From Guillardia theta CCMP2712 (lineage: Eukaryota; Protista; Cryptophyta): 64,000 nucleotides of DNA. The position numbers were made by a program, and so were the translations under genes. The stretch's first letter is position 1, and each line of letters starts with the position of its first letter. The stretch spans positions 124,001 to 188,000 of the forward strand of contig NW_005434603.1 of the NCBI RefSeq assembly GCF_000315625.1, read 5' to 3'. Below are positions 55,060 through 64,000 of this stretch, piece after piece. The notes beneath the pieces are model-generated. The model was not told the origin of the DNA, searched no databases, and worked only from the letters and a program-made list of their open reading frames with translations.

Positions 55060-56554
55060 TCAGACCTTGCGTGCACGCATGTCCCTCCATACTTTAACAA
55101 CGTAATGTTGATACTCTGAGATCCATTTCGCTCCCCCATTGACAAACAAGAACCCCGTAGCAACCGCTGCAAGGTGAGCTCCGTGATCGAACATCCTCCA
55201 CCTGCGGTCACTGCACGTCAGCCACCGACAAGCATGAGAGCATTCTATCGTCATACCCGAGGACGAGGCCAGAGATGTCCAAGGCAACAATGCCGAGCAG
55301 CATAGTTTGTGCTGGGAGAGAAATGAAAGGCAGGAAAATGATACCGAACTGAGCCGATGGCCAGAGCAGAGCAGTGAGGGATGCCATGAAGAGGACTGCA
55401 CCACTCGCTCCCAAGGAAGGAGTCGTGCAGGTCGTCATCAGCTTGATCATCATGCCTCCGAGGCTGGAAAGAACTCCAGCTGACAGGTAGCAGGCGAGAA
55501 AGTTCTCAGGTCCCAGCACGTCGACCAGCGGCTGGCCAAAGGAGAAGAGCGCGAACCTGGTGCAGTTACGTCACCTGAGGGAGGTAAAGGCCACAGCTAC
55601 TCACATGTTGAAAGCGAAATGCGGCAGAGTGATGTGCGAGAACGTGCTTCCCAGCAACGGGAACCCGCGGCCCGAGAAAGCGTAATGCAGGAAGTATCTG
55701 TTCAGCCATGAGTAGGCATGCTCCAGCGTTGAGGACACTCCGCGCAGCGAGCGAGTCCAACAGAGGAAAATCACAGTGTTTGCCGCTAGCAAGCTCCCGC
55801 ATACTGCCTGCGCTGTGGTGTACTGCCAGCCATAGAAGTCGTGGTACCTCCTGGAACTGGCCAGACCGAACCGATTTGCCCAGGGCTCCCTTCTCCGCTT
55901 CTCGTCTCGCCATATGGCGGCAATCGCGAGGGATCCCAACGTGACTGAGGCTGCAAACAGCAGGGGGCGAAGGATGAGGGAGGAGCGAGGAGGCCTCGGC
56001 GAATCCCCTTCCCATCCTTGGAACTGGCGGAAATATGGTCGGGCCCTGGACGAGAGGCTCCTCCCCTTTAGCTCCTTGAGTTTGGAAAGGAAGAAAAGGT
56101 TATTGTGCGAATGAAAGGAGGAGAGAGAAGAGGAGGCGGAGGAGGAGGAAAGGGGGCGAACCCTCCATGATTGATAACTCGAAGCCTTCAATGCAGGGCC
56201 TTCGGATCCCCATGAGGCAACACGGGAGAGGCTGCCGACGCCAGCGTTCGAGTTTTGCGAGGAAAACGAGAGGAGAGGATGGCACTGGGTAGGAATGCTT
56301 GTAAACCAAGAATGGCGAGGAAGAGGAGAGGGTCTGATCGGTCGAATGAGCCCCGTACGGTGCAGCTCAGATGATATGAACCTTGAACGGCATGCAGAGG
56401 ACTTCGAAGGAAGGGCAGCGAGCGAAGATGAACGCAACAGAGCAGCAGAGAAGAAACTGACAGGAGACGAGGAAGAGGAGCTGGTCAGGGCAGCGCTTAA
56501 CCCCATCGCACCGCCTCCCTGCCATCGCCGTACTGCAGCACCGAGGCACTGCAT
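55060..56554 (-). CDS. PARL: Mitochondrial rhomboid protease, PARL/Pcp1-like
   Basis: Ser/Arg-rich presequence; STFSHITLPHFAFNM; FLACYLSAGV; SLGASGA (catalytic Ser); IFLPF; FDHGAHL (catalytic His). Confidence 0.88.
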
Positions 56555-56569
56555 CTCTGCCGCAGCCTT

Positions 56570-57220
56570 TGCCCGGTGCACACTGCCCGGGCCGGCGCAG
56601 AGAATGAGGGCAAGCACTCAGTGACCCGGCCGCCGCCGTACGAGGGGCCCCCGCAGCGGGCGGGGGTCCGGGCCCGACTCGGGCGGGCCTCGCCGCACGG
56701 GGCCAGTCAGTCACACTGCGACCAGGCTGACGGACTGTCACGACGGTCACAGACCTTCAGACAGTCACTGAAGGCTGGCACTGAGTCCCGGGCCGCGGCC
56801 GCCCGGCCGCCGCGCACCGTGCCGTACCGACCGACGGTCACTAGGCTCACGGTCGTCGGGGGCCCGGGCCCGGGGCAGGGCCTCGCCGCCTGGGGCCGCC
56901 GCGTGACAACTGGGGATCGATTTGGCGGGCGCAGCGGCTCAGCGTAGTACGCCGGTACATCATGGCTTGGCCGCGACTCGAACTTCGGCCGGCGGGCCGG
57001 AAGCGGCCGCCGGACTCCGGGAGCCTGCCGGGCACCGGCGTAATTTCAAGTCCAGGTCACTCTGCTGCAGCCTGGCCCAGGGTGAGCTGAAAGTGGCCCG
57101 GAACTTGGGGAATGATGAGCACAGGCTTGGCGACCCGGGAGCCTTCCAACTTGACTCCGACTCAGGTCAGTGAATGATCGGACACTGCCGCTGCGGCTGC
57201 CAGTGTGCAGGACCGTGTAA
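56570..57220. repeat. GC-rich low-complexity 'word' island 4
   Basis: Dense GGCCCGG, GACTC, CAGTCAC and CTGAGTC words. Confidence 0.6.
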
Positions 57221-57399
57221 CTATTGGCGAGTGATGTAGTCCTGCCGTCTTAGTCCGTGTATAGTTCTGACCCGATCCTTGGCGACTAGAATATGACCTT
57301 CAAGGCGTATTGAACTAGAAAGTTGTGAGACTCTGCCATGACACGGAAGGGGACGTGTGCAGGCGGAAGGTGACCGATTCACGGTCGACAGAGGACTTT

Positions 57400-58307
57400 C
57401 TGACAGTGGCAGGTGGCAACATGTTACAGAGAGATCATGATCAACAAGAAGAGGGTCAACACGCCATGCCAACACACGAACACATCAATCCGGTGAATAA
57501 CTCGGTTTGTTACAGGAGGGAGATCAGCACGGGCTCGATAGAACTTCTCGGCTCTTTGACAACTCCGGGTTTTCTCCATCGAATCGTCCCATGCAAGGTG
57601 GGGAGGCACCATCAACATCATCAGCGCAACTTTGATACAGTTATCCGTGAGATCCTATCCATCCATCCTGCTGCATTCCGGACGGCGATATCCTGTACGA
57701 CAAGTCAACGTGTTCGAATGTCTTGGGACAAGAGCAAACCTGGTGAACGACATAATGGACGTCGGGAGCAAGGACGCCATTGAATCCCCAGACCTGATCA
57801 ACCATGAGGCTACAATCGTCCAAGCCCCTCCACCCACACCTCCACGTCGTTGAGATGTGGGATGTCACTTTCGGGTGATTTCAGGACCACCGAGTAGAAG
57901 GTGAACATGAGTTCCGAGTCCGAGGGGCTTCGAGTTCAATTAATGCTGCGGCAAGTAGGAAGCAAACAAGGAGAACCTCTCTATCGTGCAGACCCATTCC
58001 CGTGAGCTCCGCCGGATGTACATCTTCCACCGCTCCTCCACCTCGCCCAAGGCGGAATAGCTCATCGAGCACTCGACCTGTAACAGTTTGAGCCGAAACA
58101 TCCGCCGAGGTAAGAAAGCTGCCGGTAGACCTCTCCGAATGCATGGCTTATCCTCCTCCCTTTCTCCGCAAAGCCTGGCGTGACTGTGACGACGTCTTCA
58201 CTGATCAGTCCCACCGAGGGACTTTCAATGTCGTCCGGAGGGGATGCAATGGCACATGAAACTCCTAGCATGAGGACAATGACTTGAACGAACGTACAGC
58301 CTCCCAT
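57400..58307 (-). other. Possible secreted-protein gene or pseudogene
   Basis: Signal-peptide-like start (MGGCTFVQVIVLMLGVSCAIA) followed by coding-like pieces in shifting frames. Confidence 0.25.
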
Positions 58308-59299
58308 GTTCGCCTTGGTTCACTAGGGCATGGCAAGACATAAACTTTCCCCTGTCCTCGGACGTCGGCACACCATTCCCTACGGTTCAACTTGTGTAGT
58401 GCCTGGTCAGTCTGAGTGTAGTGCCGCTGCCGATCGTCAGTCCACTCGGCCCGATCGGTATCCCCGGGCTTCAACGGCCGTCCGTTGAAATCCCGAAGGC
58501 TCGGATACTGATCGAGAACAAGTCGGAGGACCCCCTGGTGCTACCACGAGAAAGGGGGTTAGGTAGAGGTTGCGTCACCCCACCCTACCCCCTGGCAGGC
58601 TGCAGGTCGCTGCCGCAAGTTCCGACGGTTTCAAGTGCGATTTCAAGGCCTACCACCCGACCCCTGGACCCCCAGGGCCTACCAGGGGGCTGCTATTGCA
58701 GTAACGTACCGGTTCTTTTTCATCCACTGACCCCACCCCACCTCTCCTCGCCCCCGGCATATCTCGAGCCACCACCCCTCGGGCCACCCGGGGATCACCT
58801 CCGTATATTCTGACGGTGAAGGGAGGGGTACGTGATTTTATATGGAGGAGAAGAGGGGTGGTAGAACTTGGGGAAAGGGGGTACGGTAAAGCAGCTGCCG
58901 ACACCGGTACATCGTCCTCGAGTGTTCCTGCATGACTAGACCTGATCGTTCTCGTCACTGTGCGAGGCAGAGATACAACTCCTGGGCAGCTGTTCTCACT
59001 TATCCTCTTTATCCTCTACGACAGAATCGTTCAGCTCCTTGAGTTTCCTCTCCTCATTGTTCTTCATACATTGTTCTGCTTCACCTCGTCTCTAGTGTAG
59101 AGCTCCTCCTGCCGACTGCAATCGCACCATCATTGCCCTTCAACGAAGGAAACATCTCATACTTGCCAGTGATCTCTGCTACCTGATACTCCAGGCGTGT
59201 TAGCGTTTCCTTCTAGATTTGTATCGGAAATCATTTACCCCAAAGTTGCTTGTTGTTGGCCGGCCCATGTCGAAAGTTAGGAATTTTGAGTAAGGCGAA

Positions 59300-61210
59300 G
59301 TGTGCGGCCCAACCTGCGTTGCCGAGAGTATTACTTGTTTACTGTGACTGAGTTCGGTCTAGAGCTCTGGCACTCGGCCATGCATAATCAGAAAGGCCCG
59401 TCGAAGCCTTCGCCAAGGCCTTGGCTCAGACCTTCCAACGAAGAGAAATGGGCTGAATACAGAAATTCCGGTCAACTCAAAGCTGGTAGTAACATCCACA
59501 CTGAATGTCAAGACTGCATTATATGTGATGTCGCGTGCGTTACAGGAGACTTTGTACCATCTCCGTCGCACCAGTCAAGCCCCGATGTAATTGCTCTTCA
59601 AGCTTGAGTGTTTGTGTACTGATGAAAGCGTTAGAGCTCAGTCAGCCCTACCAAAACAGATTCTGAAATACAACTAGTCAAGGTGTAGCGTTACCTTGAA
59701 AGCAAATGAGAAGTGACAACAGTCATCATCACAGGCACAGCTGTCAACAGTAACAAAAGAGAGAGATGAGTTCCGCCAGGTCACTTCAATGCTTCACCTC
59801 GCATCGAAAGTTATATCTAAATCAGTTGCAGGTTGCGCAGCGAACAGCTGATCATTGCGAATATCTTGCACAGCAATTACAACAAGTGACACTCAGTTCT
59901 TGTGATGGGTCTTCGAAACATTGAAAAGATTTGCAGGCGAGACAGAGGATAGCAGAGCTCGAAAATGACGTAAGAAATTCAAGAGATACGCTGATTCCGA
60001 CATTCATCTCCTGAAATCGTGTCAGGCACCTTCCCCAAACAAATCTAGCGCTAAAAAGTCAAGCAAGATCAGTTCTCCTCCGACAGGTGAAGGATATAAG
60101 ATCGCTCGTTCCTGTCGGTAGTGATTTGCCATCCATCCAGTGAACTCGTCGAGCAGAACCACCATAATCAAGTTTGATGTGGATGAGGTACAAGACCGAT
60201 CAAGAGCTCTTGCGCATGCAGCGATGATAGTCACTGCGCTGCACAGCCTCCACTTGCGATCGAGGGCAACAATTCAGGTCCTGAGGCCACGAAAAAGGTG
60301 AGCAAATGCTCCGATCAAGGGAGGATGAGGTCCTGACCTTGCTCTAGCATGAAGAGGAATTGGAGAAAGAGAGGAAACTCAAAGAGCAAGCTATCGCTGA
60401 ACTGCAAGTTGCTCGTGAGCTGGCAGCCAAGGTCCATTCCCCATGCTCATCCTCGTCCTCCTGCTTGATTGTCTCATTGAAATGTTTGTTAGGCGATGAA
60501 GATGGCTGAACAAGCGAGTGATGCATCGTCGCCAAGTGACACAGTGAGATAATTCACTGGATGTTCCAGTCTGAATCCCCTGATGAATGCTTGCAGCGAT
60601 TGATCGAGAACAATCGAAAACTGCAGTCGTCTCTGCAAAAGATGTTCAAGTAAGAACCTATTTGCACGTTCTTTACGTGTTCCATCGGCTCACGATGCCA
60701 GGGGCTGGCAGCAAATCTGTTCAAAGATTCTTACCAAGGCCGCCGAGTTCCACTATTCGTGGAAGGTGACGTACAGGATCTGTCAGGAGTTCCTCTTGTC
60801 AATTCGTATAACAGGAGGCGGAAGCTGAGATGGACAAGATTCTCAAGGCGTGCGAGAGGTGAAGGAGAGGAGATGAGGAGCACCTAGTGCTGAGAGCTTG
60901 TTCCAGTCCACGGAAGGACAGCAGTGTCATCAAGAGATCGTTCGAGAGGGTCTGCATCCCATCTAACGCGTGAGGCAGCAGGAGTGTAACTCTGTGACAG
61001 CTGAGGATGCTCAACGAGAGGAGTATGGAGAAGATTCAGGTGGACGACAATGAGCTCGCCGGGCTAGTGAACGGGTGACGGAGAAACGGGTCAGCACACT
61101 CGAATGCTGACGTGTGTGTGCAGTCTTCAGCGATGGGATGAGACTGCTCGGGGCCTGTTATGACAAGAGAGTACGCGTCGCGTACTTGCTAACGTCTTGA
61201 GTTGTAGTGT
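59300..61210 (+). CDS. Hypothetical many-small-exon coiled-coil protein
   Basis: Short exons bounded by AG/GT (EELEKERKLKEQAIAELQVARELAAK; QEAEAEMDKILKACE; LRMLNERSMEKIQVDDNELAGLVN). Confidence 0.35.
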
Positions 61211-61217
61211 GATACAT

Positions 61218-64000
61218 TCAGGTTCTTCTTCGAACTTTGCTGCTGCCAAATTTGATTGGAAGGCCCAAGAGTTGTTGCGTCGTCGCCTCCTCCTCGGACC
61301 TCTCTGACCGCTTCCCTAACAGTCTGTCGCGTTTTACAAGTCGCTGATCTTGTCTGGAGAACATCCTCTTGCAGAGAGCATCAGCCAGCCTCGTTCTCCT
61401 CCTGTTGTACAAGCGATAATCTGCATCGGATCCGTCAGCGCTGGGATTATGTTGAGGACTGGAGGGCGACCTTTGAAGGCATCCAACCCGTAGCATCCTC
61501 CGCAGTCCCAGACCTTGACGTTGCTGCTGACCACAGCCATCTGAAGGGCCGAGAACATCTCAGAAGCTCGGTAGACCTGGGAGGAGATGGTCAGAGCCGG
61601 AGCCATCTGGGCGATTCGACCACATCTTCCATCCACTCGGCGGGGAAGCAGGAAGGAGGCAGTAGGAGCTTGTCCGGTGGGAAGGGAGAGGGACAGACGC
61701 CTTCCATGAGCTCCTGCAGCTGATCTTCGTCTTCCTCCTGCCCCTGCTGCAGGCCTCTGAACCCCCTGCACACGGCATAGACCTCTGAGTTGCCCTGCTT
61801 GCTTGCCGGGGGCTTCACAAGTGAGACCTCGGCAAAGCATGAGCAGAGGAGGAGGAGGAGGCAGTGCGTCTCAGGCTTGTAGAAAGTGAAGAGCTTGATG
61901 ACGAAGCCTCCTCCGCGAGCGAGGACCTGGAGGAGAGGGTGAGCGCTGCCAGCGGGAAGGAGAGCAAGGGAGGCGACCCCGAGGGCAAGGACGATCTCGG
62001 AGTAGATGAGGCCTAACACCTCCTGCTCCTGCTCCTGCAGATGAGGAGAGTCGGCAACTCACGGGAGCCGTCGCACCTGCGCCTCGGGCCTCGTGCTGCA
62101 GTCTATGCTACCGTCTGCTGTGACGAGGTTTACCCTCCCTGCTCGATCAGGTCAGAGACTGTAAGGGAGAAGAGGCCCGTAGAGGGGCTACCTAGAGTAC
62201 TGAGAGTCCGCTCTCTTATCAACCTCACGTTGTCCTTGTTGAGCACATTCCCTGCCGTAACAGATGAGCATCACAGATGAGCGGCGTGAGGAAATGAGGG
62301 AACCATGGTACATACATAAGCAGGGAAGGAGGGAGGGAGGGAGGGAGGGAGGGAGGGAGGGAAGAAAAGATGGAATCTTAGATGTGGAGAAGGATCGCCC
62401 CGTACTCACGGAGAACACGCATATCAACCTGTTCCATCCGCCCCGAAGTCCCAGTGCTCTTGGGTATGGTCGATAAGATCTGCATCCTGCCCTCCGTCTT
62501 ACATTCCCTCCGGCACGTGAGGTATATCAAACCTCTCCTCGAGCCACCTTCTTCGCTATTGGGTCTTGCTCCTCCTCCTCGCTCCGCAGTGTGTTCGCCC
62601 GCCAGCTCCATGTCACGTCCTTGCAACAGCATTCTTCATCAGCACGCTCTCGGGGAAGTCAGCCAGCCACTTTGTGCCGGGTCTTGAGGAGATGGTTGAG
62701 GGCTGCTATGAAGCCTCCTGAGACCCTCTCGTCAGCCTCCGTCACTTCCTCCTTCCTCCCCCACCCGGTGCCTCGCAGACATGCAAGGAGGAGAGCTGTC
62801 GGGAGTTGGAGGTGCCCTCAACTGCGATAGAGAGGGGAGGGGATGGCTTCAGTAAGAGAAAGAAGAGATGGAGCACAACAAAACGACAGAAAAGGAGAGA
62901 GGGAGGGAGAGGGAGAGTGAGAGAGGGAGGGACAGGGACAGGGACAGGGAGAGAGGGAGGGTGGAACAGAAGGTGGAGGTATTGAGAACAAAGTTATATC
63001 AGCATGGCAATGACATCTCACCAGCCACGTTTGAAGGACTGATCAACTCCGGGTATGCTGACGCCCATTGAAGTGAGAGAAAGATCCAATCCAATCCCAT
63101 CCTATCCCACCACAACATATCTCGTCTCATTTCTTATGTTCTGAACTCGTCCCATCCCATCCCATCCCATCGCAAATCACAAGGACCTGTGCTGATATGA
63201 AACATCTTCACCCATGCATGCGAGCACATCTCGGCATCGTATTGATCTCTACAAGAGCGAGAGTAAGGTGTGACAAGTTCTCGAGCCTCAATCAATGAAC
63301 CTGATCGTGTTCACTAGCAACCCGTAAGGGTCCATGCTAGTCGTGTGACGGTGCCATGCCTGCATGCTTCGTCAAGCTTGCTCCACCTGACTCGTCGGGC
63401 TAGCATGTTGAATGAAGCAGAGCTGAAGTCCACGAGACTGCAGGGCGAAACTAGACCGCATGGGAGGAGAGGTGTGGGAGCGATTGTGGTGTGTCAAACT
63501 CACTGACTGAAAGTCTCCTTGCTGAGCCTGCGGCAGCTCCTCGTATCGCTTAAGAGCCTCTCGCCTTATTTTCCACTTGCACTCCACGAGCTCTGAAAGC
63601 TTCTCAGATGGAAATGACCTGCATGCTACAGAACCCTACCTTCATTGAGCTTGTCGAATTTTGCCTGAGCCTTACCCTCACAAGTCCCCTTGCTCCTCCA
63701 CTGCCATCTACCGTCCTCCCTTGGCACGTGCTTCATCCTCCATACCTTGGATATCCCCGAGACTCCAGTAGCTCCAAACTGAGCAAGGGAGTCAGCTCAG
63801 AAAGGGAGCTCTTCATGCGGAGGAGAATGACCTTGCTGAGGATCTTCTCCATGCTCTCTTGCTGCTCCTCGAACAGCCTGACCAGCGAATGCATCTGTTC
63901 TCCTCCTGCATCTCCTTCTCCCTCCCCTCTTCCTCCTCCTCCTCCTCCTCCTCCTCCTCCTCCTCCTCCTCCTCCTCCTCCTCCTCCTCCCTCCACCCAC
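61218..64000 (-). CDS. CMTR2: Cap2 mRNA 2'-O-methyltransferase (FtsJ-like), multi-exon; start at or beyond the window edge
   Basis: AEMCSHAWVKMFHI; LHVCEAP|GGFIAALNH; HWDFGADGTG; LVTADGSIDC; GGGFVIKLFT; KPPASKQGNSEVYAVC (K-D-K-E tetrad). Confidence 0.9.

Noticed and set aside
42900-56554. DGAT1, patatin lipase and rhomboid as a lipid gene cluster
   Set aside because: Interspersed with unrelated genes; no shared motif or other sign of co-regulation
56576-57173. Pro/Gly/Arg-rich ORFs in the GC islands (also 32854-33186)
   Set aside because: Arise from stop-poor low-complexity DNA; no conserved peptide between islands

Overview
Eukaryotic nuclear DNA: GC-rich coding sequence, many short GT-AG introns with CTGAC branch sites, microsatellite-filled introns and two 100-N gaps. 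The style suggests a cryptophyte alga (Guillardia/Hanusia-like); this is inference only. Recognisable genes: TAF12, a WDR55-like WD40 protein, a Pol-beta-family non-canonical nucleotidyltransferase, two PDI/thioredoxin paralogs (WCGHC vs WCAHS), ATP23, a chromodomain MYST acetyltransferase, DGAT1, an ankyrin protein, a GT92 glycosyltransferase, a patatin lipase, a PARL-like rhomboid and CMTR2. The accessory material is more interesting. (1) A family of six intronless 103-128-aa proteins that I do not recognise shares the C-terminal motif KQLxALxHCIx(L/M)LxxxERxxIxxxxGxx(M/I)x(L/M/I)-stop. Four lie in an alternating-orientation cluster (6140-9097) containing three near-identical inverted copies and a GCTGACA-rich bidirectional spacer. 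(2) The other two copies flank an AT-rich, intronless, virus-like insert (~26.58-30.65 kb), probably a Polinton-like virus/virophage remnant. It comprises a ~950-bp hairpin/inverted-repeat-dense non-coding region, a 78-aa ORF and a 953-aa trimeric fibre-like protein cut off inside its C-terminal chaperone-like domain. (3) The left end holds a spliced PD-(D/E)XK-like nuclease/coiled-coil gene, an RLE-type non-LTR retrotransposon remnant and a frameshifted C2-domain pseudogene. (4) Dispersed GC-rich 'word-salad' islands and a recurrent CCCTACCCCC intergenic motif occur across the window. Ends of multi-exon genes are approximate.
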